Made by a program: the position numbers and the translations under genes. Under the pieces are notes generated by a model. That model saw only the letters and a program-made list of their open reading frames with translations. It searched no databases and was not told the origin of the DNA. Shown piece after piece: positions 21,342 to 35,699 of a stretch of 64,000 nucleotides of DNA; positions within the stretch are counted from its first letter, which is position 1, and each line of letters begins with the position of its first letter. Where the stretch lies: NCBI RefSeq assembly GCF_009834535.1, contig NC_045697.1, positions 84,260,001 through 84,324,000 of the forward strand, given 5' to 3'. The stretch comes from Camelus ferus. Lineage: Eukaryota.

Positions 21342-22419
21342 GTGCCTGACTCAGGAAGGTGGGAAGGAAGAACCAAGAATGGCTTCTTACCATTGTTTAC
21401 CTAACAGTGCCTTCCAAACAGGAGTTTACCCCTTATCTCATGGTTACCTTGAGCTTCTCAAGAAGACCAGAATAGAATCAGGTAGAAGCAGATAGTCCTT
21501 GGACTCATGCAAACCTGCTAACAGAATGGACATGTGAAACTTTCAGTGTTCTATTTATCAGTGGCAGTAACCTAATTTAAAGTCGGTTAGGAATCCCTGT
21601 TCTCTCTGTAGAATGACATCACTGGATTATTATTTTTTTTTATTACCAGATCAAATTTTTAACATTACACTTTTCCTTCTGCTGCTCCCCAACCCTGTAG
21701 TTCCCCAATTCTTATCACTTACCTGGAGCCCATCTAGAAAAAGTTGCAGTGAACCTATGGACCAGTTTCCCTACAGACCTCTCACGCTGGTGATAGAGTT
21801 GGGCCAACCAGCTGAGGGCAGAGCCAATCCTTTATTTTCTTCTTTGATAATACTAGAGGGTTTAGGTTCCTGCAGCTTGGGAAAGTGAGTGGATTGGGGG
21901 TGCATGGACATGTGGGTTCAGCTGCCATGGAGGTAGAGTTATTTCCTCTGTCTGAACTCTGTAGTCTCTGTCAGCCAGTGAGTGATGTTGATGGAAGGAG
22001 TGGAAATCAGCAGAAGCTCCTGCACATCCCTATCCCATTCCTCTAAGAGAAAATGCAAGCCATGTTCCTTAACGTGGCTTCCCAAGCCCCCACTTTTATC
22101 TCCAGTCTCTTGCCGTTCCTTACTGTGTACTCTGAGATCTAAACCTTACAGTCCTCCGTCTCTTGAATGTGCTTGCTTTCTGTTGCTTCAGCTCACAGCT
22201 TGGTCACAGTGCTCGAAGAGGCCCACCCTGAACCACCAAGAATGGGTCAGGTAAGTCTACTTCTCCCAGGTGTAGTGACCTTCTAAAGGTCTCAGCATTA
22301 AGAGGGAAGAACAGCTGATTCATGATAACCAGGGAAACATTAGTATCATCATGAAGTCCAGAGATACCGTGAGGAGGGGCAGTATGATGTTGCCAGCTCA
22401 TCTCAAAGGAATAGCTTTC

Positions 22420-25060
22420 TAGTGATCAAAAAAGAATATATATATATAATGGAATACACACACACACACACACACACACCCCACATCTTCTTATAGCAAT
22501 CACTTGTAGATGGGCACTTAGGTTGCTTCTGTGTCTTGGCTGCTGTAAATAGTCCTGCTGTGAACATTGGGGTGCATCTGTCTTTTCAAATTAGAGTTTT
22601 CTTTTTTCCCAGATATATATTTAGGAGTGGGATTGCTGGATCATATAGTAGCTCTATTTTTTAGTTTAGAACCTCCATACTGTTTTCCATAGTGGTTGCA
22701 TTAATTTTCATTTCCAACAATGTATGAGTGTTCTCTTTTTTCCACACCCTCTGCAGCATTTATTATATGTAGACTTTTTTTTTAAGTGGGGGGAGGTAAT
22801 TAAGTTTATTTATTTATTTTAATTTTTTTTTATTGAAGTACAGTCAATTACAGTGTGTCACTCTCTGATGTACAGCACAATGTCCCAGTCATGCATATAC
22901 ATACATATATTTGTTTTCATTTTTCCATTAAAGGTTATTACAAGATATTAAACATAGTTCCCTGTGCTATACAAAAGAAACTTTAAAAAATCTACTTTTA
23001 TATATAGTGGCTAACATTTGTTAATCTCAAACTCTCAAATTTATCCCCTCCCACCCCCTTTCCCTGGTAGCCATAATACTAAGTCTGCGAGTCTGTTTTC
23101 GTTTTATAGATGAGTTCACACTGTCCTTTTTTTTTTTTTTTTAAGATTCCACATATGAGTGATATCATATGGTATTTTCCTTTCTCTTTCTGGCTTACTT
23201 CACTTAGAGTGATGATCTCTAGGTCCATCCATGTTGCTGCAAGTGGCATTATTTTATTCTTTTTTATGACAGAGTAGTATTCCATTGTATAAATACACCA
23301 CAACTTATTTATCCAGTCATCTGTCAACAGACATTTGGGTTGGTTCCATGTCTTGGCTATTGTGTATAGTGCTGCTATGAACATTGTTCAGTCTTCTTTG
23401 TCATTTAGTCTGTTATTCATTGCTTCTAGATTGGTTTTCATCTCAGCAATTAAATTGTCTATTTTTGATTGGTTCATCTTTATAGTTTCTAGTTCCTTGC
23501 TTCAGTGATTGAAGATAATCTTTCTTAATTCAGTTAGCATTTTTATTAACACTTTTTTGATCTCAGGGTCTAGTAGATTGATGAGGTATGTTTCATTATT
23601 TGTTCTTTCAGGGGATTTCTCTTGTTCTTTTCATTGGAGTAGTTCCTCTGCCTTTTCGGTTAACTTAACTTTCTCTGTCTCTATGAATTTAAGAGAAACA
23701 GTTATCTACTATGATCTTGAAGGGGTGTTTCTACTTGGGAGTGTCCCTGTGTGGACTGTGTATGTCCAGGTTTTTTGGTGCAAGGGCTGGTTGCCAGTCG
23801 ATCAGGGACAGGGTCTGCTCCCCAGTTGTTGGAGTAGAAACCCTGAGGGTTGGCTTTGATCAGGCTCTGTTGCCCTTGAGTGTATGCCCTGCCCCAAAGG
23901 AAGTGATTGCTCAATCACAGAGGACCTATGTGCCACCTGTGTGGCCATTCATGTTTTTGCTCAGAAGCAGCCCAAAGTCACATCTCTTTCTCTGTTGTGT
24001 TTGTCCCAGTGCTGGTGCAAGGCTGTGACGTAGAGTATGCTAGGCTTGGGGGTTGGGGTGTTGTGGCTGCAGGAGTTAAGGTAGGTATGCTATGCCTGAG
24101 ATCTGGGCTGCCTCTGTGTCAGTCTTCTCCCAGGACCTTTCTGCCCTGGATCTAGTGCTAAGCTGCAGTGTGGAGTGGGCAGAGCTGGGAGGCTCTCACT
24201 GGGAGCTGAACCTCTGCGTACTCATGAAAACACTGACAGTGGCTGCTGCTGCCCCACCAAGATCACACCCTAGTCCTCCAGGCTGTCTCTGTAGTGACAC
24301 AGATCCTCTCCCAGGGCCTGTCTGCCTGAGATCCAGCACTTAACCACTGTGCACGCTCATGGCGCCTCCCTGTACGTGCGCGGACAGTGGTCCCTGAGGC
24401 TCCACCCACTGTTCCACATGTGCACTGACAGTGGCCTTGTGGCTCCACTTGGATCACTTCCCTAGGTGCCCCGGTTTTGTGTGTGCATAGCAAGACTGAG
24501 TCTTTGCCCAGATCTCACACCATGCTGTGGTGTGGAGTGAGGGGGGCTGGGGTGTTTACCCCTTTGGATTGAGAAGTGTGGTGAGATGGCAGCTGCCAGT
24601 GCAAGGCTCTCTCCACCTGATTGCTAGTCAGCCAGCACACATGAACTCCTTGCCAGTAGAGTCTAGGCTCCTCTGTCTCAGTGGATTTTCCAGCAGGCAA
24701 GGGGGCTTGTTTCCTCCATGTAGGATCCCAGGACTGGGATGCCCAGACTGTGGCTTGATCTGCTTGTTTCCTAGGGCAAGAGTCTGCCCGTGTGGACCTT
24801 TTCTTCCTTTTGGATTGCTCCCAGGGATGCAGGTGCCAATCCCCTGCCTTTTTTCCCCCATTCTTTTCTTTTTTTTTTTTTTTTCTGTTCCATCCAGTTA
24901 CATAGAGATCTTTTTGGCAGCTCTGGTTATATAGGAGTTCTTCTGCCAGTTTCTGATTAGTTTTCCATGATAATTGTTTCACATGTTGAAGTATTTTTGA
25001 TGTGTTTGTGGAGGGAGGGTGAGCTGTGCGACCTCCTGCTTGGCCATCTCGATCCCTGCT
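22420..25060 (-). mobile_element. L1 cluster: two 3'-region pieces joined to an ORF1/5'UTR-like segment
   Basis: ORF 23079..23384 (MFIAALYTIAKTWNQPKC...[21 protein letters not shown]) is the L1 ORF2 C-terminal region. T-rich tail near 22810-22835. GC-richer 5'UTR-like region 23750-25060, starting on the minus strand GAGATGGCCAAGCAGGAGG. Confidence 0.75.
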
Positions 25061-27435
25061 TTACCCTACTGCTTTCTATTCTGGTACTAAGGTCATGGGT
25101 TTACCTTATGTCATGTAGTATTTGACTCCCTGCCTACCTTGCAGCCCAGGTGAGGAGCCCCCATTTGCAGGCTTTCCAAAAGAAAGTTAATTGCAGATAA
25201 TTGGCCCCAGATATGTCTAGTTGATAGAATACCACGAGGGACTTTGGCTCCTTAATGAAGTGAAGCAAATTTTCATCTCATTGAAAAAAACAATGTTGCC
25301 AAAGTGCTCCTTTTTAGGCTTGGTAGAAGTAATATTGCAGAAATCAAGAACGTGTTAATGGTTTTAGGAAAAGTATCAATTGGCTTTGCTATACCTTTTA
25401 TGAATAGCTTTATCTCCTTGCCACAGAGAATCACACTTAGTGGGGAGACTGCCATAACTGTGTATGTTCATTGTAGATAATTTTGAATATACAGCCAAGT
25501 AAAAAGAAAAGTAAAAATTGTTCAAGATGTCATCTCCCAAGGTAATTAGAGCTAGTGTTTATGTATGTTTATTTATAGGTGTAAATACATGCACCATTCA
25601 TTTATATAAAATATACATTTTACATAAATAGATGGGATCATACTATACGTACTAGTTTGTAAACGCTTTAAAAACTAACAACTGTCTTAAAATTTTCTCA
25701 TTTTATTAAATATTCTTCTATATCATAAGAAATTTTTAAAAATTGTAGGTTAATGAGCAGTCAGTGCAGGTAACTTAGAAAAAGGCATAAAGAAAAAATT
25801 TAATTGAGGATTCATAATCCCACCAACTGAAGATAATTACTATAGTGTTTATGTACAGTTCTTCTACTTTTAAGTATATGTGTATGTTTGTACACAGCTG
25901 CACATACGTATGTGTGTGTATTTTCATGTGTTCCTATGTGCATATATGTGTATAATATGTATGTATATACATTATGTTTGTATATGAATACATAGGTATG
26001 TATTTGTGTTTACTCACATATGTGTATGTATAGATACCCACACACATCTTCATTTGATCAGATTTGTATTTTAGAGAGGGCTTCATTTGGCACCAAATAT
26101 AGGGAGGATTTGAGGGACGTATCTGGAAGAGAAGGATAATTAAATATTACTGTAACCTTGCTGAGAAATGAGGACTGAAAATAAGATGGTGAAATGAGAT
26201 TGGAGAAGAGATAACCACAGATATTTGGGAATGCCCTGATGGTATCAGAGACTAGCATAGCAAACAGGACGGCAGATAACACCTGTACCGGGTGAATATG
26301 GTATCTCCCAGGGGCATCAGGGCACTGCATTCTCTTTTCAGCTGGCTCATCTGTATGGGAGACCAACCTTTGAAATACAGATAAAGTCCCTAAACAACGT
26401 CAGTCAATCAGACGTTGAAATTTGCCCCCAGTGAATGTTTCTACCCTTTTCAGTAGGAATTTGCTTCTTCAGACATCTCCCTGTTAAGGAGACAGATTAA
26501 TTTAAATAGAACCATTCTCTTTAGTAACTTAAATTGCCTTGTGCTATCTATTTTTTTGTTCATCCATTCTTCCTCCCATCCATCTTTCTGTAACAATAAG
26601 TTGATTAAGCACAATTTATGGAGTTTAACTAAAATGCAAATTCATTTTTGTCTTTATCTTTCACTGGGAGTTCTTTTTCCTGTGCCTGCAGACCATTCAA
26701 GTAATAAAACCTCCTATCAGGGCCTCCAAGTTGCACAACTCTAGGGGGCACCATGTGCATTGTAATCTTTGTAAATGAGTCTTCTAGAGCCCAGCTCCCA
26801 GATTATGATAGGAATGATGCCGCTGGAGTTTTTAACATGGCCTTGAGTCTTAAGGTCACTTTAACATCAAAATCATACTTTTAATTCAGTATTTAGAAAT
26901 GTTTTATTGACTATTAAAGAATACTTTGCTCTTCATTCACTTAAGATTTCTCCTCCCCACTCCTCTCCATTCCAGGGTCTGGCTGCAGGCGTACCAGCAG
27001 TCTTCAGGGAAGAGTATGCTATAATCCTTCTTGCTTGACCCTCTAGGATTGGGCAGTTGGAAGGAAGGTGGAGAGGTGGGGCCTGTCTGATTGCCCCGGC
27101 CCTCAGTCTGACTTTCCATAGGTAGTAGTGCCTACATTCAGGTGGTACTCCATTGCCCCTTGACTTCTGCCTTGCACCAGTTTTTCCCAAAGCCCCTTAC
27201 TCCTAGGTTGTCTTCAAACTTCTCAGACCTTCAAACCTTCTTGGACAGGATACCTTTTTAAGTGACCCTAGGTGGATGTGCCTACCACTAGTTTTCATCT
27301 AGTACTCTAGAATTCCCATACTTTTGACCCATTATTAGAGAAGAGTGTAGTACCTTTCTAGTCTCCAACCATATCCTGCTGTTGCTTTAGCAGGTACAGA
27401 TGTGGGTCAGACGTTATTACCTTGTGCCCCTCAAT

Positions 27436-27620
27436 CAGGACTGGGACTTTGGTGAAGGTAGTGAGACATTCACCTTGAGTGCAGAATTACAGAGGGTGCC
27501 AAAAAACTCAGCAATCAAGATGAACAATATTTTAATGAAATATTCTTTAAAAAATAAATAGTAATGCAAAAAAAGCATGAGGAATAAGATCAGAATTCTA
27601 AATGAAGACAGGATTAGTGC
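27436..27620 (+). mobile_element. hAT MITE (MER96B-like)
   Basis: CAGGACTGGGACTTTGGTGAAGG...GAGGGTGCCAAAAAACTCAGCAATCAAGATGAACAATATTTTAATG. Confidence 0.5.
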
Positions 27621-29409
27621 AGGAGATACTCACTGAGTTCTGTGACTGCCTTGAGGTGCATTGCAAACAACCCTCATCATTGTTCCCCCATTTTTCTTTC
27701 CAGTGATATAATCCTCAAAAATTCTCTCAGTTTCCATCATCTTTTATATCTATGTTGAAATTTAGGCTCTGTGTTCTAACAGCTCACTTTGAAATGTGTT
27801 TTGTTTTGTATATTGTTGCATTAGTCAAATTATAGTTGCATCAGTTTAAATTATAGTTACCCATCTACCCATCCACCCACTCATCAATCCAGTCATTCAT
27901 TTATTGGGGTTGTGAATGAAGGAGAAAAAAGACAATCCTCAAATGCTAATGATTAATTCATTTTAAGAGATGGTTGTGAATGACTGTTAAATGAAAATAT
28001 TTGCAGTTACAAAGGGAATACTAAATTGGTATGCCTCACTAAGTAGGCCCTGAGCACTAATGGGTATGCAAAATTGAAGGAAGCCGCATTCTACTTTCCT
28101 GTTAGAAATGTCCCATAGAACGTTGTCATGTGACCAACTCCTCTGTTCTGCTTACATCCCCTCCTGTGTAGAGTCGGCTCTTGTGACCTGTTCTGAAACA
28201 GCTCATTCCACAGTTTCTGATCAGTTTGTCAGTGTAAACAGAGACCTTCAGAAGTAGAATGGTGAGCCTGCTCTTGTTCAGAGAAAAATTAAGGGCCCTT
28301 CAAGCTAGTGGATTGTTAGCTCCTTTGTAGTGTTTGTATTACCCTTTGGCTGCCTTGGAGGTAGCTGTTAACAAAGGATTAAGTCAAACCTTATATCAAG
28401 GAATACAAATATGCATGTCATTGTAGGCATTGAGTATTTTTTTGTTGTTGAAATTTATCTTAAAATTTTTTTTTTAAAGCTGATTTATTAAAGGGGTAAT
28501 TTAGTCAGTAAATATTTGTTGTCTGTGTAGCTTACTTTATACAGAGCAGTTGGCTCCAGTGATTTTGAGTGGTCAAAGATAATTCTCTAAAATCAGTTCA
28601 GGCACCTTCAGCCTATTTGTGTAACCAGGTACAAATTAGTGAGTTTCCTTCTTGAGTCCAACTGCAAGGTGTTGTTCTGTAAATTGTTCAGTTGTCAGCT
28701 CTAGTTGCCTTGGTCAGTTGAATGACCCTGTTCCATAAGCACAGCCTATAATACATTTGGCCTAATAAACTAAATAAACTAAACTGTAACATGCCGGCCA
28801 CAGAAAGATGCATTTTATAGAACCATTCCTGCTTGGAAGAGAATAATTGAGGTTTGAATTAATTATAATCTAAAAAGTTGTCTTAGCCCAAGGCATATGA
28901 CCTCTAAGACCCCAAAAGCCAAAAATCTTACTGTGTAAAAATGATCTATATAATTAAAAAGACACATAAGTTAAATTGAATTTTACACTATGATGTTTTC
29001 CTAAAATATACTGTCTAAAGAGTTCTTGCAAATCAGTTCCTGCTGGTAAATAATTGACCATATTTAAATCTAATTACAATAGCCCTCCTGCAGTGAAAGG
29101 CTGACTTGTTCAAAAAATGATTTGGGGCCCAATGACACCAGGGAATCTATGGCCTCATTGCTGGAAGTGAGCAGAAAGTCAGTGAAAATGAACACATATT
29201 ATGAAGTCCACATTTCTAACAAATATTTCATAAAGAACAAAATGGGAATTCAAGAAACATTAATATTTTTATTAACATTTACTTAATATTTTATTAACAT
29301 TAGCATTGATATGAAAAAGTACATTTTGCATATATATTGGAAAGAATAACCAAATAAATCCCATTTTAGTCCCTTCTAGTTTAAAAAGTAGAGTAGTGTG
29401 GTAGCAGAC

Positions 29410-29975
29410 CTATCCCACTGGTGCTCACTGTTCCTGAGAAGCCCTGATGGCATCCGCTGTAAGGACCTGAGGTGCTTTGCTTTTAGGCTTTCCTCTAAAG
29501 AAACACGCCTAGTCCCTGCGGGCAGGACATGCTGGAAGTGCCAGGGAATCCAAGCCACCAGGAGCAGCCCACAACTAGTAATAGACAGGAGCTGGTAGAT
29601 AAATATCTAAGCTGCCTCGACCTTCAGGTAGGATGACTTTAAGATATGTTCTGGGCAATCTCCAAGAGGTCCCAGTGAAACAGCCTCGGTTGCTCATGGG
29701 AGTGATCTGCTTGTTAACTCACCCTTGTGTGGACTTCCTGCCTTTCCCTCCCTGTTTTACTCCCCTACTCCTTTACCAGTGTTTCCTGGGATAATCTCCC
29801 AAATAAGCTACAGCTGACCCTTAACGACACAGGATTAGGGGAGCAGACCTGCTGTGCAGTCAGTTCACTTATAACTTATATTGATTCTCCGTATTCATGG
29901 TTCCTCCATATCCACCGTGCCTCCATATCCCTGGATGGATATGGACATCCACGGATTCAGCCAACCTATGTGGAA
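29410..29975 (+). mobile_element. ERVL LTR16-like fragment followed by a Tigger-like fragment
   Basis: GCTGGAAGTGCCAGGGAAT...TTTCCTGGGATAATCTCCCAAATAA, then CAGCTGACCCTTAACGACAC...CCACGGATTCAGCCAACC. Confidence 0.5.
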
Positions 29976-31124
29976 AGACTTAAAGAAAATGACATGGCAC
30001 TTTCCCCAACAAGTGGCCCACCTAGATCACCCTACAGGGAAGTTCACAGTTGACAAGCTCACCAGGCATTTAGTCGTAGGCCTTTAAAAATGAGCATTTA
30101 GTCAAGGAGACATTTGAAAAAAGTTCTCTAATATGAAAGGTAGAGAGCAAAACAAATAGATGAAATAATTTTAGATTTATTTGGGAGGTAGAAAGCCTCA
30201 AAAATAAAAATAGGAATATACCTATAATGAATATCCTCGAAAGTATAAGAGAATATCTCTATCTCTGGAACAAAAACAGGATGCCATGAAAAATTGAACA
30301 GAGAACCAAAAAACAGCTCTTGGAAATTAAAAAGTTTGATGGAAGAAATGGAATAATTAATAAAAGAGGTGATAAAGAAACATTCCAGAAAATATATGAA
30401 AGAGACAAAGAATAATATGTTGCTGGAGGACAAACTGTGCATATAAAACTTGGATTGAAAAGAAACTTTAAAATTGATTTTTAAATAAGGGGAAATAAAA
30501 TACAAAATACATTTTCAAAGTGACCTATCAATTTACCTTTCCTAAAACAGTGTACATGACAGTTTCCTTAGACCATATCCTCATTAATAAATATTTTCCT
30601 GTCGAATTTTGGTAACACTGATTGTGAATGTGTCTGAGGCTGGTATCTTCTTCATGAGAAAAGTTTTAAAATAACAATTTAACTTCTAAAATTATAATAA
30701 TTTATAGTATACACAATATATGTAATGTAATAATATAGTATATATAACATGTAATATATCTAATAAATGCATAATATATAATAACAGTATAATTTCTTTA
30801 TAATAATACTTCACATATTTTGTAAGTTTTTAGAGTCAGTTTTGATAATTTTTTTTCTAGGATGTTTTCTTTTTGTCTATCAAACTTTTTCACTAGTATA
30901 TTTAATCTGCTTGTATTGGTTTTAGTCTTCTCTTCATTTTGTAATGTTGTAGGTCACACCAAAATATATACACACATGTGTATATATATATGCATATGTA
31001 GATGTAGCTCTTTACTACAGAAGTAATGCATGTTTATTGTTAAAAAATAAAAAAAATGCAGATAAGCAAAAGGGAGACAGTAAACTTCAGTAAGTCCCCC
31101 ATTTAGGGGTTACATCTATTCACA

Positions 31125-32105
31125 TCTATTTTAGGTTGGTACCCTGAAAAACAGACTTGAAGAGAGAGAATTAAGTGAATGGAGTTTCATGGGGAGTGCT
31201 CTTGGGGAAACACCTGTGAATGAAGGCAGTAGGACTGGGTAGGGGAGAACTCGATCTGCTGTGCAGTAGCAGCGAAGTTCTTGGCCAGTCCTCTGAGGAG
31301 GTCTGGAACTGGAATAGCCCTTCAGAGTTGTCCTTACTTAGAAAAGGGGGCCGGATGTTTGTCCCCCCTCACTGGCCAATTGATAGGATGCCGCCTGCCC
31401 CTGGGAGAGTGTATAACCTTGAGCCAGGCAGCTCCCTTAGGCCCAGGACAGTTTCAGGGGAGGGACCCAGCTCTGGGCTGGCACTGTCAGCAGTGAACAG
31501 TCCTGACAGCTTGGAGAATGAGTGCCTTTGTGCCTTGGTTCTGCGTGTAAGTAGGGTTGGGGTGGTGGGAGATGACTCTTGTCAGTACACCACAGTATCT
31601 AATAAAATCTACCTCTTGCACTGCTTGGATCAACTTGCTTAATATGCCAAGTTCACCTCATCTGGGAACAGCTCCTCCAGGATCGTGACTGGTCTCTTTT
31701 TCTGGGAAAAAGTGGAAAGTTAGTAGGATGAATTATTAGTCCTATGATGGTTGCTGTCTTTGGGGTCACAACTGATGCTTATAATCTCTCTCCTCTATTA
31801 CCCATTCTAGATTCACCTTGCCCTTAGGGGCTTTCCTTGAGGAGCCCTGGGACCCAGCCCATCATGCCCTTCTCTTGCTGTGGCTTCTGCACTTACCCAT
31901 TTTCTTTCAAAATTTGGCAGAGAAATACTAAAAGATGCTCCAGTGGACCATCTGGGTACCAAACATATTTCTTCCTGCTCCCATTGTGTAAGAGCAACCC
32001 AGCCTTCTGCTATTCTGCATCAGTTCCTCCTGTCAGGATGGTGACTTCTTTCCTTGTCATTGGTCTCTTGGGAAATAGAATTTCTAACTTGCTGTGGCCA
32101 GAGTT
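31125..32105 (-). mobile_element. Old ERVL-type LTR plus adjacent internal remnant
   Basis: AGGTTGGTACCCTGAAAAACAGACTTGAAGAG...GAGTTTCATGGGGAGTGCTCTTGG resembles a reverse LTR16-group end; the adjoining segment resembles ERVL internal sequence. Confidence 0.45.
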
Positions 32106-32719
32106 GAAAGATTGGGAAGTGATAACAACGTGGCAACTTCTACTGTTACTCAGTTCTTATGACTTAGGCAATCACAAATGAATGATTAACTGGCTGAAAT
32201 ATCATTGATGATTGACTGTGTTGTATATCAAGCTTGTTCAGGGCAAGTAAGAGAGCACTTAGAGGATCCTGCTGAAATAAGCAGATTGCAGTAAATGCTG
32301 TTGGGTTACCTTTGCAATAAAAAGCTCACCTCAGGCATTTTTCCCCCTCATGTAAGAAGATAACAACAACAACAAAACTGATGGATTTCTGTTTAACTGG
32401 GATGTATGGGAGTAGTATGGAGGAAGGAGGCTTGGATGGAGAAAGAGGGGTAGGCAGCATACATAATGATCATCCCTGAGAAAAACGTCCAACTCAGCTG
32501 CCCTTGATCTCCACCCGCTTCTGCGGTGGTAGACGCACACAATGGTTCTCCTCTCTGGACAGTGTAATTAGGATGTATGTTTCCAGGCCAAGAAAGACAG
32601 CACAGGTGAGATCTGCACTGTAATCACCGTTGACCTCTGGGTGGCAGCTCGCACAGGAAGGCCTGCTGTGGCCTCTCAGAGACGGTGACTAGCCCACTGG
32701 GTCCCTTCTCCTGTGACAG

Positions 32720-32945
32720 CACAGTAGTAAGGAGAGCAGGGACTTTGAAGCCAAACCTGTGTTCAGATTCTAGCTATGCCACCTGTAAGCCACCTGACTT
32801 TGAGTAAGTAACCTTTCTCTGCCTTGTTTTCTTGTTTAAAAAATGGGGATGAAATTTTCTACTTAATGAGATTGTTGTAAGAATAAAATGAGTTAATGTG
32901 TGGAAAGGGCGTGGCACGTAGTTGCTGCTCCATAAACACTGACCG
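32720..32945 (+). mobile_element. MIR SINE
   Basis: GACTTTGAAGCCAAACCTGTGTTCAGATTCTAGC...GAGATTGTTGTAAGAATAAAATGAGTTAATG. Confidence 0.7.
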
Positions 32946-34186
32946 CCATCCTTCCACTCTGCTAGAAGGCCTTTCTGTAATGCCAACAATTGTCCTCTGG
33001 TAATTCTGTAGAAAAGGCGTTTTTAGCATGAAATCACCTGCCAGAAGTGCCCCAGGACACAGGCCTCAAAGCCCTTGGGGGCATCTAAGGTGCAGGGCAC
33101 AGGCCAGAAAGATTTCACTGTGCCTGTGGGAGGGTGGTTGTGAGGGCCTCTCCCTTGCCAGGGAGAGTGGAGCTCTCTTTCCCTGCGGAGCTGGAACAGC
33201 CCCGTCCTAAGCTGGACTTTACCCAGGTTTAGAGAAGGCTCCAAACTAGAGTAGCAGGGAAGGCCTAGGGCCTAGGGCTGAGCAGGGGCCTGTCCCTTCC
33301 CTAGATTTTGGTTTCTGATGAAAGCACCACTAGCTTCACCTCCTTTCCTAAATCACCTATGAAATGCTGCTCTCTCTCTCTAGACGTGGAGCAGACTGCA
33401 GGCTCAGGGGTGCTTTTTGCCAGAGTCTTCCGCCTGGGCCTTTTCCAAAGCTGGACTGACCCCTTGGTTCTGATAGTGCACAGTGACGGTCAGACCTCTG
33501 GCGCAGCAGCTGTCAGGAATCTTTGCCCTTCCAAACTGCTCCTGGATGTTGATCCGAGCCATCGGGACATATTTAGATGATAAATCAGGATGGGCACCTT
33601 TGCCCTCTACTCCCAGATCTAGAAACAACATGGAGAATGACCAGTAAGCAGTATCTGTAACATATAAAATGTCAGCTCTCTTTGCCCCTCTCAGCCTGTG
33701 ACATGCCACATCCAATTTGTCTTTATTCCAACTGTGAGAGGACTTAACCTCATTATTCTGGCCTCTTGCAATTTACGTGTTCTCCAAGGATATGATCTAT
33801 GAGGAGGAGGAGGACTGATAAGGGAGCTAATCTTTCAAAGTCCTGCTTGAGCAATTATAGATAATACAGAAGAAGAGGAAACTCTGGAAACCATCATGAT
33901 GATCCTACTTCTGCCCTGTTGAAACTCAATCTGAAACCCCCCATGTTTTGACTTCTCTCTTCCCTGTATAGATGGAACGTGTTATGCTTTTGTTGAGATG
34001 AAAAATCTAAATAATTAGAGAACAGAATTTTCAGTGAGTTCACTGGTCAGATTTCTAGGGATCTCTCTAATAAAAATATTACTGTAATCATTGAATCATT
34101 AGTTAAATGGCTTTGTGTGGCTATGTCTTATTTCTTTTTAATATTGAAATTGTAAGCAGTTAGAAGAAAAGAGCAATGACTTAGAT

Positions 34187-34340
34187 CAGTGGTTCTCAAA
34201 CTTTAGGGTACATCAGAAAAATGGAGGGCTAATAAAACATTCAGACCCTCAGTAGATCAGGCATGCAGCCCAAGAATTACATTTTCATCTGCTGATGCTG
34301 ATGCTGCTGATCCAGGAACCACACTTTGAAAATTACTGAT
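34187..34340. mobile_element. MER5A-like hAT MITE
   Basis: TIRs CAGTGGTTCTCAAACT ... ACTTTGAAAATTACTG. Confidence 0.65.
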
Positions 34341-34621
34341 TTATACAATAAAAGCCTGAACATTTGGAATCTTAGAGAATGGAATTATTTTGCAATGCGA
34401 AGTATACCAGATTTGATGTGCGAAGACTTGGGTTCAAGTGACAACTCTGCAGATTACAAGAGGGGAAACGAGTCTCTGAGACTCAGTTTTATCATCTGAA
34501 AATCAGGAATGAAAATAGTGCCTGCATGGCAGCATTGCTGTAAAGATGAGATAAGGTCATGTATGTGAAAGAGCTTGGTAAATGGCAAAACACAATCCAA
34601 GTTTAATTTATCCTAGATGTA

Positions 34622-35632
34622 CTTTCCATTGTACATTTACTTACCACATCTTCTTTATCCATTCATCTGTTGATGGACACTTAGGTTGCTTCCATAGCTT
34701 GGCTGTTGTAAATAATAATGCTATGAACATTGGGGTACATGCATCTTTTCAAATTGGTATTTTTGTTTTTTTCTAGTTACATACCAAGGAGTGGAATTGC
34801 TGAATCATATGGTACTATTTTGGGTTTTTAGAGAAACCTCCACACTGTTTTCCACGGTGGCTGCACCAATTTACATTCCCACCAATGGTGTACAAGTGCT
34901 TCCTCTTCTCCATATTGTCATGAACATTTCTTATTTGTGTTCTTCTTGATGGCCCTTCTGACAGGTGTGAAGTGATATCTCATCTTGGTTTTAATTTACA
35001 TTTCCGTGATAATTAGCAATGTTGAATGTCTTTTCATGTCCCTTTTGGCCATCTGCATTTCCTCTTTGGAAAAAAGTCTATTCAGGTCTTTTGCTCATTT
35101 TTTAATTGGGTTGTTTGTTTTTTTGATGTTGAGTTTTATAAACTACTTACATGTATATTAAATATTAATCCATTATCAGTCATATCATTTGCACATATTT
35201 TCTCCCTTTCAGTAGGTTATCTTTTCTTTGTGTTGATGGTTTCCTTTAACTGTGCAAAAGCTTTTAAGTTTAATTAGTTCCCATTTGTTTATTTTTGCTT
35301 TTATTTCCTTTGCTTTAGGAGATGGATCCAAAAAATATCTCTGCAATTTGTCAGAGAGTGTTCTGCCTATGTTTTCATCTAGAAGTTTTATAGTGTCCAG
35401 TATTAAATATTTAGGTCTTTAATCCATTTTGAATTTACTTTTGTATATGGTGTTAGAGAATGTTCTAATTTCATTTTTTTTTTACATGTAGCTGTCCAAT
35501 TTTCCCAGCAATTTTATATTCTTGCCTCCTTTGTTATAGATTGATTGACCATAAGTGCATGGATTTATTTCTACACTCTCTATCCTGTTCTATTAATCTG
35601 TGTCTGTTTTTGTCCCAATCCCATAGTGTTTT
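34622..35632 (-). mobile_element. L1 ORF2 3'-region fragment lacking its own 3'UTR tail
   Basis: CCACATCTTCTTTATCCATTCATCTGTTGATGGACACTTAGGTTGC...TTTAGGTCTTTAATCCATTTTG. Confidence 0.8.
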
Positions 35633-35699
35633 TTCCATTAACCTTTTTTAATGCAACCACTTCTTTTGCCTGATTGCATTTTATATACCCTACTAAGTG

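Noticed and set aside
23079..24982. Several ORFs of 100-155 aa
   Set aside because: All lie within L1-derived sequence.
29258..29302. Short direct repeats (also 9931-9977, 27817-27860, 51770-51850) as an array-like system
   Set aside because: Isolated two-copy slippage duplications with no regular repeat-spacer structure; there is no CRISPR-like array in this window.
27945..32192. HNF1-like motifs GCTAATGATTAAT (about 27945) and TGAATGATTAAC (about 32180) as FABP2 enhancers
   Set aside because: Short AT-rich matches are expected by chance; not supportable without conservation or ChIP data.
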